Positions 9,470-18,457 of a stretch of 64,000 nt of DNA are shown here, piece after piece (the first letter of the stretch is position 1; the number at the start of each line of letters is the position of its first letter). This DNA is from Bacillota bacterium (GTDB taxonomy: Bacteria; Bacillota; Dethiobacteria; Dethiobacterales; Dethiobacteraceae), in assembly GCA_012800795.1 (NCBI GenBank), contig JAAZIQ010000048.1, forward strand, positions 1,279-65,278. Direction: 5' to 3'. Under the pieces are notes generated by a model. The model was not told the DNA's origin. It saw only the letters and a list, made by a program, of their open reading frames with translations, and searched no databases. The translations under genes and the position numbers were made by a program.

Positions 9470-10651
9470 ATGCGTTCCATTATTCATGTGGACATGAATG
9501 CATTTTTTGCTTCCTGCCACCAAGCGCAAAATCCTGGCTGGCGTGGTAAACCGCTACTTGTTGCAGGAGACCCTCAAAAACGCCATGGAATTATCCTCAC
9601 CGCTTCATATGAGGCTAGAAAGTATGGTGTAAAAACAGCTATTCCTGTCTGGCAGGCCAAAAAATTATGCCCTCAGGGAATATTTGTCCCGCCTGATCAC
9701 AGCCTTTATACTTCATATTCTAAAAAAATATTCGCCATTCTTAAAGAGTATACCCCTTTGGTGGAGCCTTTTTCCATTGATGAAGCCTGGCTGGATGTTA
9801 CAGGCTCTGAACGTTTGTTTGGCTCCGCAGAAGAAATCGGCCAAATGCTCCAAAAAAGAATTGCCAAGGAGCTGAAAATTCCCTGTTCAGTGGGAATAGC
9901 CGCCAATAAATTCTTAGCCAAAATGGCATCAGAAAGGCAAAAACCCCGTGGTTTTACAGTTTTGCGGCAGAGAGATATTCCCTCGGTACTTTGGCCTTTA
10001 CCAGTAGAAGAAATGGTAGGTGTAGGCAAGAAAATAGCACCTGCATTAAGAGAAATGGGCATTAAAACCATTGGACAGTTGGCGGCAATGCCAAAACGCC
10101 TACTTGTAAGTCGTTTTGGCATTATGGGAGAAATCTTATCTCAATTAGCCAACGGCATTGATGACTCACCGGTAGATCCGTATGTTTTTGATACTGCCAA
10201 GTCTATTGGTCATTCTATAACATTGCCGCGGGATATTGATAAACCTGAAGAAGTAGCACGTGTACTCCTGGACTTAAGTGAACGTGTAGGGCGTCGTCTA
10301 CGCCGGGGAGGCTATCTGGGGCGAACAATTACTTTGACTGTTAAGGATCAGAATTTTGTCAGTTCTACTCGTTCCTATACGCTGCAGGAAGCAACTTGTT
10401 TAACAGAAATCATTTACCGTACTGCACTGCAATTATATCAAACACATTTTGAGTCTTGGCGCAAAGTACGTTTACTAGGCATTGCCGTTTCTAAACTCCA
10501 ATTAAAGGAAAAAGGAAGTCAATTGACTCTTTGGGCCGACGAAACGGAGCGCTTAAACCGCCTTACTAAAGCAACCGATATGCTAAAAGACCGTTTCGGT
10601 GAAAGAATACTTTGTCGGGCTACACTTTTTCAAGGCCATCAGCCAGACTAA
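9470..10651 (+). CDS. dinB: DNA polymerase IV
   Basis: IIHVDMNAFFAS and SIDEAWLDVT Y-family motifs. Start set at ATG 9470. Confidence 0.93.
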   Translation: MRSIIHVDMNAFFASCHQAQNPGWRGKPLLVAGDPQKRHGIILTASYEARKYGVKTAIPVWQAKKLCPQGIFVPPDHSLYTSYSKKIFAILKEYTPLVEPFSIDEAWLDVTGSERLFGSAEEIGQMLQKRIAKELKIPCSVGIAANKFLAKMASERQKPRGFTVLRQRDIPSVLWPLPVEEMVGVGKKIAPALREMGIKTIGQLAAMPKRLLVSRFGIMGEILSQLANGIDDSPVDPYVFDTAKSIGHSITLPRDIDKPEEVARVLLDLSERVGRRLRRGGYLGRTITLTVKDQNFVSSTRSYTLQEATCLTEIIYRTALQLYQTHFESWRKVRLLGIAVSKLQLKEKGSQLTLWADETERLNRLTKATDMLKDRFGERILCRATLFQGHQPD

Positions 10652-10653
10652 AT

Positions 10654-10690
10654 AAAAAAAGCAAGCAGACAGATTGCCTGCTTGTTTTTA
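10654..10690. terminator. Bidirectional terminator between dinB and yggT
   Basis: GCAAGCAG/CTGCTTG stem flanked by an A-run and a T-run. Confidence 0.75.
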
Positions 10691-10704
10691 AAACTTGAGA
10701 TATA

Positions 10705-10968
10705 TTAAATGCTTAATAATGCTTGAATAACAACTTCGCGAATAAGGTTTAAAACGAAAAAGGCTAAAATGGGAGAGAAATCAATAGGTAAAGGGGTACG
10801 TGGTATTATACGTCGAAATGGCGCCAGCATGGGCTCCGTACCATCATAGAGAATACGAATAAGCGGCTGATTAGGATCATGGGGCAGCCAAGATAAAATT
10901 ACACGCAAAAATAATGCCCAATTAAGTATTTTAAAAAACAAATCGGCAACATGTACAGCCTGGAGCAT
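10705..10968 (-). CDS. YggT family membrane protein
   Basis: 87 aa with two TM helices and a YggT-like sequence. Confidence 0.8.
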   Translation of the reverse strand: MLQAVHVADLFFKILNWALFLRVILSWLPHDPNQPLIRILYDGTEPMLAPFRRIIPRTPLPIDFSPILAFFVLNLIREVVIQALLSI

Positions 10969-11055
10969 CTGACCAACTCCTTGTTTAACATCTTTTATAT
11001 TTTACCATAAGCAGATCTTTTTGTGTAGTCAAGATGCTTGAAAAGTACAGGCCGT

Positions 11056-11322
11056 TTATTTGTGCCAGATACGCTCGGCATAAAGCTCTTTTCCCTTAGT
11101 AGTAAAAAAATATACCTCTTCCGCATCGCCGGTACCGGTAGTCAGTAATGATTCTACTACAGGCCATTGTGACTTTGCGAAGCGTGCTGCAATGCCGCAG
11201 GAAGAGGAAATTATGCGGGGAACCGGTATCATGGTTACCTGCTGACCATTGCTTTTCATAATTTTTTCAAAGCGCAGAGCCTGCGAAGTTGAATAAAAGG
11301 TTGCTACATAATAATCGTTCAT
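11056..11322 (-). CDS. DUF3343 / putative Se-S carrier-like protein
   Basis: About 88 aa with a conserved PVPRIISSSCG motif. Start set at ATG 11322 after a GAGGGA RBS. Confidence 0.75.
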   Translation of the reverse strand: MNDYYVATFYSTSQALRFEKIMKSNGQQVTMIPVPRIISSSCGIAARFAKSQWPVVESLLTTGTGDAEEVYFFTTKGKELYAERIWHK

Positions 11323-11580
11323 CTTATCCCTCGCTTCAAAAAACACAATCACAGCTTCTGCTGCTAAAAATACCAATACTATCTTATCAAGCAGTAGCAA
11401 AAGTTACAAGGCGGATAAGAAGGAACAATTATCAATAACATAAATAAAAATTATAGATTATATCAATAGGCAATAATGTAATTAAAGCCGATAGAATTAT
11501 AGAAGTTAAGTTTATGGCAGGAGTTATGCTTGCCAATTACGAACAATATAAAACAACCAAAAAGGGAAAAGGTGTAATCA

Positions 11581-12492
11581 ATGGAATTTTATCAGTTAGA
11601 AGCATTTGTAATGGTTGCTGCTCTTCGTTCTTTTTCTCGGGCGGCGGAACATCTTTATTTAAGCCAGCCTACCATCAGCAGCCATGTTAAAGCACTGGAA
11701 AAAGAACTTGATACTCCGCTTTTTGACCGCGGCAAAAGTGAATTAATGTTAACACAAGCGGGAGAAATACTTTACCGCTATGCCAGGGATATGCTGGACA
11801 TGCGTACCAATGCTTTGAAGGAGTTAAACTCAGAAAAGGTAAAGGATGAGCATTTGGAAATTGCCGCCAGCTCAGTACCCTGTCAGTATTTACTGCCGGA
11901 AACTCTGACACTTTTTCTGCAGCAGTACGGTCCTGTTAATATCCGTCTTTATCAAAAAAACTCACGCACTGTTTGTGAAGAAGTTTTTCGCTACAATTAC
12001 CCCTTGGGAGTAGTGGGGGAAAAAATAAAAATTCCACAATTAAAGTACGAACCTTTAGTGGAAGATAAAATGGTGGTGGCTATTCCACAGCTGCCGGCTT
12101 ATGCTGATTTATTGGCTAAAGAAGAACTAACACTGCAGGATTTAGCCAACTATAAACTGCTTCTACGCGAAGAAGGTTCCGGGACACGTTCTCTCTTGGA
12201 ACAAGAGCTGCAGCAAGTAGGGCTTAGCATTAATTCTTTTCAATTGCAGATTTTTGACAATCAGGAAACCATAAAGCAAGCTGTTCGCCGCGGGCTTGGG
12301 ATAACTATTATTTCCCGTTTAGTGGTGGAAGACTATTTGCAGTTTAATATGTTGGCTGTTCGCCCGCTCCGGAACATACAGCTTAAACGCAATTTTTATC
12401 TTGTTACACATGCTAAACGCATACAGACACCTGCAGCCAAAGCTTTTATTACCTTTATACGTACTTATTTTTCTTCAGGAGGTCAACAATGA
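11581..12492 (+). CDS. LysR family transcriptional regulator
   Basis: N-terminal HTH (FSRAAEHLYLSQPTISSHVKALE) plus a LysR substrate-binding domain. Confidence 0.9.
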   Translation: MEFYQLEAFVMVAALRSFSRAAEHLYLSQPTISSHVKALEKELDTPLFDRGKSELMLTQAGEILYRYARDMLDMRTNALKELNSEKVKDEHLEIAASSVPCQYLLPETLTLFLQQYGPVNIRLYQKNSRTVCEEVFRYNYPLGVVGEKIKIPQLKYEPLVEDKMVVAIPQLPAYADLLAKEELTLQDLANYKLLLREEGSGTRSLLEQELQQVGLSINSFQLQIFDNQETIKQAVRRGLGITIISRLVVEDYLQFNMLAVRPLRNIQLKRNFYLVTHAKRIQTPAAKAFITFIRTYFSSGGQQ

Positions 12493-13646
12493 AAGAAATA
12501 TATGCAGACCATGCTGCCACCTCTTACCCTCGTCCGCCGCAAGTGGCAGAAGCTATGACCAACTATCTGCAAAACATTGGTTGTAACCCCGGGCGGGGCG
12601 GCTATCGTCGTTCTTTGGAGGCTGCCCGCATGGTGTATGAAACACGAGTGCTCCTGGCAGATTTTTTTCATGTTCCCCAGCCGGAACAAGTTGTTTTTAC
12701 TCCCAGTGTTACGTATTCACTAAATTTGGTCCTCAAAGGAGTGCTTACCTCCGGCGACCATGTCCTTATTTCTTCTATGGAACATAATGCCGTGGTACGG
12801 CCTTTAACACGCCTGGCGGCAGAACAGGGCATTCAGGTGGAACGTTTACCCTGCAATGCTGACGGTACCATGGATCCTTTGCAAGTGCGCCGGGCTTTAA
12901 AACCTAATACAAAATTAGTTGTACTTACCCATGCTTCCAATGTAACCGGTACTCTCTTACCGGTCTACGAAGTGGGAGAAATCCTGGCCAAAACAGATAC
13001 TTTATATTGTATAGATGCAGCCCAAACTGCCGGTACTGAAAAAGTTGATTTTCAGGATTTACGGTGTGATTACCTGGCTTTTACCGGACATAAAGGGCTT
13101 TTGGGACCTCCGGGGATAGGCGGACTCTGCTTAAGTGAACGTGCGTTGCTTGCAACTAATTCCTTGGTGGAAGGAGGTACCGGCAGCCGCTCTGAAGATG
13201 AAAATCAACCACAATTTTTACCGGATAAATTTGAAAGTGGAACACAAAATGCCCCCGGTATTGCCGGCTTGGCAGCCGGTATAAAAATTATTAATCAGGT
13301 CGGGTTGACTGCAATTAAAGAGAAAAAAAGAAATTTGACGGCAGCTTTTTTAGACGGAATTAGTGGCTTGCCTGGTATTCATATCTATGGTACAAAAGAC
13401 CCGAATCTCACTACCGCCACCGTTTCCATCAATATGGAAGGCATCGATAATGGTGATTTAAGCTTTATGCTGGAGCAGGGTTATGGTATTATGACACGCT
13501 CCGGTCTGCATTGTGCACCACTGGCACATCATACTATTGGGTCCTTTCCTGTAGGCACGCTGCGTTTTTCCTTTGGCTGGCAAAATACCATGGAGGAAAT
13601 TGAAACCATGATACAAGCCTTACGCGAAATCATAAAGGAGCATTAA
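12489..13646 (+). CDS. Class V aminotransferase, cysteine desulfurase / selenocysteine lyase family
   Basis: PLP-lysine motif FTGHKGL, active-site RSGLHCAP, ATGA overlap with the lysR stop. Confidence 0.85.
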   Translation: MKEIYADHAATSYPRPPQVAEAMTNYLQNIGCNPGRGGYRRSLEAARMVYETRVLLADFFHVPQPEQVVFTPSVTYSLNLVLKGVLTSGDHVLISSMEHNAVVRPLTRLAAEQGIQVERLPCNADGTMDPLQVRRALKPNTKLVVLTHASNVTGTLLPVYEVGEILAKTDTLYCIDAAQTAGTEKVDFQDLRCDYLAFTGHKGLLGPPGIGGLCLSERALLATNSLVEGGTGSRSEDENQPQFLPDKFESGTQNAPGIAGLAAGIKIINQVGLTAIKEKKRNLTAAFLDGISGLPGIHIYGTKDPNLTTATVSINMEGIDNGDLSFMLEQGYGIMTRSGLHCAPLAHHTIGSFPVGTLRFSFGWQNTMEEIETMIQALREIIKEH

Positions 13647-13652
13647 ACCGTA

Positions 13653-14117
13653 ATGACGTATGAAAATAAATTAAAGGCCTATATTCAAAAACATCAGCTG
13701 GCTGTAGAGCATTTAAGTTTTGATGTAAGTTGTCATTCAGTAGCTGATGCTGCGGCTGCAGTTGGTGCCCCACCTACTTATTTTGTTAAAAATATCTGTT
13801 TGCTCGGACCAAATAAAGAATTTGCCGTAGCTATTGTACGAGGAGAGGACCGCGTCTCCTTTAAAAAAGTTGCCCAACTGTTGGGAGTAAAAAAAATGCG
13901 TATGGCTAATGCAGCTGAAATTTTAGAATATACCGGTTATCCCTGTGGCGGTACACCCTCTTTTGGCTTTCCTGCCCTGTATTTAATGGATAAAGGTATT
14001 TTTTCTTTACCCTTTGTATACACTGGCGGTGGGTCTGAAACATCCTTAGTAAAGGCAACGCCACAAATTTTATTAGCTGCCAACAAGGCGCAAGTTGCTG
14101 ATATAATAAAAGTATAG
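13653..14117 (+). CDS. YbaK/EbsC-type aminoacyl-tRNA editing domain protein
   Basis: About 154 aa with a YbaK/ProX-like fold sequence, 7 nt after the desulfurase gene. Confidence 0.7.
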   Translation: MTYENKLKAYIQKHQLAVEHLSFDVSCHSVADAAAAVGAPPTYFVKNICLLGPNKEFAVAIVRGEDRVSFKKVAQLLGVKKMRMANAAEILEYTGYPCGGTPSFGFPALYLMDKGIFSLPFVYTGGGSETSLVKATPQILLAANKAQVADIIKV

Positions 14118-14172
14118 GATATACATAAAGTAGCCTGCTGGCAACTCATACTATAAAAAAGGAGTTGATAGC

Positions 14173-14352
14173 ATGGACAAAACAAGAGCTAAACAGATTA
14201 TTAATTCACCGGATAAAATCGAAGTCTATTATCAAGGCAAACCCGTGTGGTTGGAAAGTATTGAAGAAAATTCTGCTTATGTCACAGTAATGGGCACTTG
14301 TCGTACCATGACTGTACCATTGGCGGAATTAGAAGAAATTCAAACACATTAA
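14173..14352 (+). CDS. sspH: Small acid-soluble spore protein, H-type (59 aa; absent from the ORF track)
   Basis: MDKTRAKQIINSPDKIEVYYQGKPVWLESIEE resembles SspH. GGAG RBS, a CATACTA forespore-type -10 at 14147, and a strong terminator. Confidence 0.75.
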   Translation: MDKTRAKQIINSPDKIEVYYQGKPVWLESIEENSAYVTVMGTCRTMTVPLAELEEIQTH

Positions 14353-14356
14353 TAAA

Positions 14357-14397
14357 AAGATGACAGGGGCAGCTTAAAAGCCCTTGTCATCTTTTTG
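14357..14397 (+). terminator. Rho-independent terminator after sspH
   Basis: AAGATGACAGGGG/CCCTTGTCATCTT stem plus T-run. Confidence 0.85.
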
Positions 14398-14535
14398 TAT
14401 AACTTACGCAAACATTCTCCCAGTTATGATTGGCGCTTTGCATTTGGCACAAATTATATTACAATGATAACATATTAGTGACAAAGCCTAAAAACTATTT
14501 GATGAACACTCGTCCCCTTGTAAGGAGTGGAGTAA

Positions 14536-15852
14536 ATGCAAAAAAAATATACAATGACTGTTTTTGGTTGTCAGATGAATGAAAGAGATGCAGAAACAAT
14601 CCGCGGTTTTCTTGACGAATTGGGATATGAAGAAACGGAAGATGTAGCAGAAGCCGATTTAATCATAATGAATACCTGCGCTGTACGGGAAAAAGCCGAA
14701 GCAAAAGTATTGGGGAGAATAGGAAAATTAGGGCAGTTAAAAGAAAAAAAGCCCCATTTAACCATAGCTATTTGTGGCTGTATGGTACAGCAGGAAAAAG
14801 TTGCCAACTATATTAGGAAAAATTTTCCCTTTGTTGATTTAATTTTCGGCACCCATAATATTGCTTCATTTCCCGACCTGCTACAGCAGGCTCTTGACAG
14901 TGAAGAGACTGTAGTGGCACTCCGGGCAGAGGAAGGTAAGATTGTAGAAGGTTTACCGGTGCGTAGAACCGATAAATTTAAGGCCTGGGTTAATATTACT
15001 TATGGCTGCAATAATTTCTGCTCATACTGTATTGTCCCCTATGTCCGGGGACGAGAACGCAGCCGCTTGCCGGAAGAAATTATCCGGGAAATAAAGACTT
15101 TGGCAGAAAACGGCTACTTGGAAGTAACTTTGTTGGGTCAGAATGTTAATTCCTATGGTAAAGACTTGGCTAAACAAGTGGACTTTGCCGACTTACTGGC
15201 ACGGGTTGATCAGGAAACCGGTATTAAACGCATACGCTTTACGACATCACACCCACGTGATTTTACAGAAAAATTAGCCCGTACAATAGCTGACGGAAAA
15301 AATATTTGTGAACATATACATCTGCCTGTGCAGGCAGGAAGTAATCGTATTTTAAAACTAATGAACAGAGGTTACACACGCGAGCATTATTTACAGTTAG
15401 TGGAAATGATTCGCCAACATGAGCCAGACTGTGCACTTACCACAGATATAATTGTCGGGTTTCCGGGCGAAACAGAAGAGGATTTTGCGGCTACACTGGA
15501 TTTAGTAGATCAAGTAAGCTATGACGCCGCTTTTACCTTTCTTTACTCTCCCCGCTCAGGAACACCCGCAGCCGAAATGCCTGACCAAATTAGTGATGAG
15601 ATAAAAAAAGAACGTTTCCAGCGCCTTTTGGCCCTGCAGAATAAGCATAGTTTGCGCCACAACAAAAAATTAGTGGGGCAGAAGGTTGAAGTATTGGCGG
15701 AAGGACCAAGCAAGACAGATCCCACTGTCTTTACCGGAAGAACTCGCACAAATAAAGTGGTGAATTTTACCGGAGAAAATATTGAACCCGGCAAACTCAT
15801 TACTGTGGAAATTACTGAAGCCAGAACATGGAGTTTATTGGGGAGGAGCTAG
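14536..15852 (+). CDS. miaB: tRNA-i6A37 methylthiotransferase
   Basis: Radical-SAM CNNFCSYC motif with UPF0004 and TRAM domains. Confidence 0.95.
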   Translation: MQKKYTMTVFGCQMNERDAETIRGFLDELGYEETEDVAEADLIIMNTCAVREKAEAKVLGRIGKLGQLKEKKPHLTIAICGCMVQQEKVANYIRKNFPFVDLIFGTHNIASFPDLLQQALDSEETVVALRAEEGKIVEGLPVRRTDKFKAWVNITYGCNNFCSYCIVPYVRGRERSRLPEEIIREIKTLAENGYLEVTLLGQNVNSYGKDLAKQVDFADLLARVDQETGIKRIRFTTSHPRDFTEKLARTIADGKNICEHIHLPVQAGSNRILKLMNRGYTREHYLQLVEMIRQHEPDCALTTDIIVGFPGETEEDFAATLDLVDQVSYDAAFTFLYSPRSGTPAAEMPDQISDEIKKERFQRLLALQNKHSLRHNKKLVGQKVEVLAEGPSKTDPTVFTGRTRTNKVVNFTGENIEPGKLITVEITEARTWSLLGRS

Positions 15853-15853
15853 C

Positions 15854-18457
15854 TTGAAAAAAGAGACGCCGATGATTCAACAATATAAAAAGATCAAAGC
15901 CGAAAACCAGGATAAAATCCTTTTGTTTCGGGTTGGTGATTTCTATGAAATGTTTTTTGAGGATGCTAAAATTGCCGCCCGCGAGCTGGAAATAGTCCTT
16001 ACTTCCCGTGACAAAGAAGTTCCCATGGCGGGATTTCCCTACCATGCCCTTAATTCGTATTTAGGAAAATTAATTGACCGAGGTTATAAAGTTGCAATCT
16101 GTGAACAGGTAGAAGATCCGAAACTGTCTAAAGGAATAGTAAAACGCGAAGTAGTGCAGGTGATTACCCCCGGTACCGTTACAGAATCTTCATTATTAGA
16201 CGAAAAAAGCAACAATTATTTGGTTGCAGTCCATCTGACAAGCGGTGGAGTAGGGTTGGCGGCAGTCGATGTGTCCACAGGTCAGTTCAACATCACTCAA
16301 GCTTTAGGCAGCAGCTCAGGCCAGCTGCTGATAGACGAATTGGCACGACTGCAGCCTACAGAAATTTTAATTAATAAAGAAGCAGAACAAAATAAAAATT
16401 TACAGCAAGCTCTGCAGCGCATACAGCAGCGTGTACTTTTAAATAACTGCCCGGATAGCGACTTTAAACCCCAAAATGCACGACAAGTCCTTCTTAAACA
16501 ATTTGGTGAAAGCTATATAAAATATCTGACGGACAATAATCTGCAGTATGCTTTGACTGCAGCCGGAGCAGTCATTACTTATTTGCATAACACTCAACAA
16601 AGAGAACTAACCCATTTGCAAAAACCAACTTATTATGATCCACATGGCTTCATGGTCTTAGATGCAGCTACACGCCGTAATTTAGAACTAACTCGTACCA
16701 TACGGGAAGAAAGCAGGTACGGTTCCTTACTCTGGGTATTGGATAAAACACGAACTGCTCTGGGAGCGCGATTACTAAAACGCTGGTTGGAGCAGCCACT
16801 ACTTGATCCGGATAGAATTGAAGAGCGTTTAGATGCGGTAGAAGAATTTTTTAATAATTTTGCTTTGGGTGAACAGTTAACAAACCTACTGGAAAAAGTT
16901 TATGATTTAGAAAGATTGCTGGGGCGCGTACATAATGAAAATGCCAATGCACGCGACCTTATTGCTTTATGCTCAACACTGGCTGTACTGCCTGAAATCA
17001 GACAAGCACTAATGACGGGCGGCAGCTGTATGCAAAAGCTTGCTGTCAGGCTCCCGCAGTTGGAAGAACTCACATCTTACCTGCAAAATTCTTTGGCTGA
17101 TGACCCACCGCAGACTTTAAAAGAAGGTGGGTTAATTCGCTCTGGCTTTAATGCTGAATTGGATCGGCTGCGCGAGTATACAAAAAAAGGACGCAGCAGT
17201 ATTTTAGAAATAGAACTGCGGGAAAGGGAAAGGACCGGCATAAAATCTCTCAAAGTTGGCTACAACAAAGTGTTTGGATACTATATTGAAGTAACACGCA
17301 CAAATGTCCACTTAGTACCGGAAGATTATATACGCAAACAAACTTTAGCCAATGCCGAGCGGTACATTACACAGGAATTGAAAGAATATGAAAATGCCGT
17401 ACTGGGAGCAGAGGAAAAAATTATTGCTTTAGAATATGAACTTTTTCTCGCTGTGCGGGAAAAAGTAGCAGCATATACACTGGAAATACAGACTGCTGCC
17501 GCTGTGGTGGCAGAAATAGATGTTTATTTATCACTGGCAAAAACAGCTAGAATTAATAGATATGTAAGACCACAAATCGATTTAAGCAGTAGAATAGAAA
17601 TTAAAGAAGGCCGCCATCCGGTAGTAGAAAAAGTGATGCAGGACGAATTATTTGTACCCAACGATACTTTATTAGATGAAAAACGGCAAGTTATTCTCAT
17701 AACTGGCCCTAATATGGCCGGCAAGTCAACATATATGCGGCAGGTGGCACTAATTGTATTAATGGCACAAATAGGAAGTTTTGTTCCTGCACGCCAAGCT
17801 TCAATCGGCTTGGTAGATCGCATCTTTACCAGAATAGGCGCAGCCGACGATTTGGTTGGCGGTCAAAGTACATTTATGGTGGAAATGAGTGAAGTAGCCA
17901 ATATTTTAAGTAGTGCAACAAAAAGAAGCCTTGTTATTTTGGATGAGGTGGGAAGAGGTACTAGCACTTTTGACGGGATCAGTATAGCTCGGGCAGTGGT
18001 AGAATATCTGTGTCAAAAAATTAAAGCCCGCACACTTTTTGCCACACACTATCATGAATTAGTTGATTTAGCTTCTGCTTTCCCCGTGGTTCAGAATATG
18101 ACGACAGCAGTAAAAGAACGAGGGGAAGATATCATATTTTTGCATAAACTGGTTTACGGCACTGCGGATCACAGTTACGGTATTCAGGTGGCCCGCCTGG
18201 CCGGTTTACCAAAAGCAGTGCTGACCAGGGCAAAAGAAATCCTGCACTCATTGGAAGAGCCGGTGGAGGCAGAGCGTCAGGCAGCCCCGGCTGCTGAAAA
18301 AAACCAGCAATTAAGCTTGTTTGCTCTAGACCACAGAGTAACCGAAGAATTAAATAAAATTGCCAAAGTTGACCTGATGACAACCACCCCCGTTGAGGCT
18401 ATGCAATTACTTTATGCACTGCAGCAAGCTCTCAAAGGAGAGGAAGAAAATGAATAA
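15854..18457 (+). CDS. mutS: DNA mismatch repair protein MutS
   Basis: TPMIQQY N-terminus, Walker A GPNMAGKST. Start set at TTG 15854 after GGGAGGAG; the track start at 15782 overlaps miaB. Confidence 0.97.
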   Translation: MKKETPMIQQYKKIKAENQDKILLFRVGDFYEMFFEDAKIAARELEIVLTSRDKEVPMAGFPYHALNSYLGKLIDRGYKVAICEQVEDPKLSKGIVKREVVQVITPGTVTESSLLDEKSNNYLVAVHLTSGGVGLAAVDVSTGQFNITQALGSSSGQLLIDELARLQPTEILINKEAEQNKNLQQALQRIQQRVLLNNCPDSDFKPQNARQVLLKQFGESYIKYLTDNNLQYALTAAGAVITYLHNTQQRELTHLQKPTYYDPHGFMVLDAATRRNLELTRTIREESRYGSLLWVLDKTRTALGARLLKRWLEQPLLDPDRIEERLDAVEEFFNNFALGEQLTNLLEKVYDLERLLGRVHNENANARDLIALCSTLAVLPEIRQALMTGGSCMQKLAVRLPQLEELTSYLQNSLADDPPQTLKEGGLIRSGFNAELDRLREYTKKGRSSILEIELRERERTGIKSLKVGYNKVFGYYIEVTRTNVHLVPEDYIRKQTLANAERYITQELKEYENAVLGAEEKIIALEYELFLAVREKVAAYTLEIQTAAAVVAEIDVYLSLAKTARINRYVRPQIDLSSRIEIKEGRHPVVEKVMQDELFVPNDTLLDEKRQVILITGPNMAGKSTYMRQVALIVLMAQIGSFVPARQASIGLVDRIFTRIGAADDLVGGQSTFMVEMSEVANILSSATKRSLVILDEVGRGTSTFDGISIARAVVEYLCQKIKARTLFATHYHELVDLASAFPVVQNMTTAVKERGEDIIFLHKLVYGTADHSYGIQVARLAGLPKAVLTRAKEILHSLEEPVEAERQAAPAAEKNQQLSLFALDHRVTEELNKIAKVDLMTTTPVEAMQLLYALQQALKGEEENE

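Noticed and set aside
15782-15853. N-terminal extension of mutS in the track, overlapping the miaB 3' end
   Set aside because: The MutS homology starts at TPMIQQY, and TTG 15854 has a GGGAGGAG RBS directly after the miaB stop. The extension is an artefact of taking the longest ORF.
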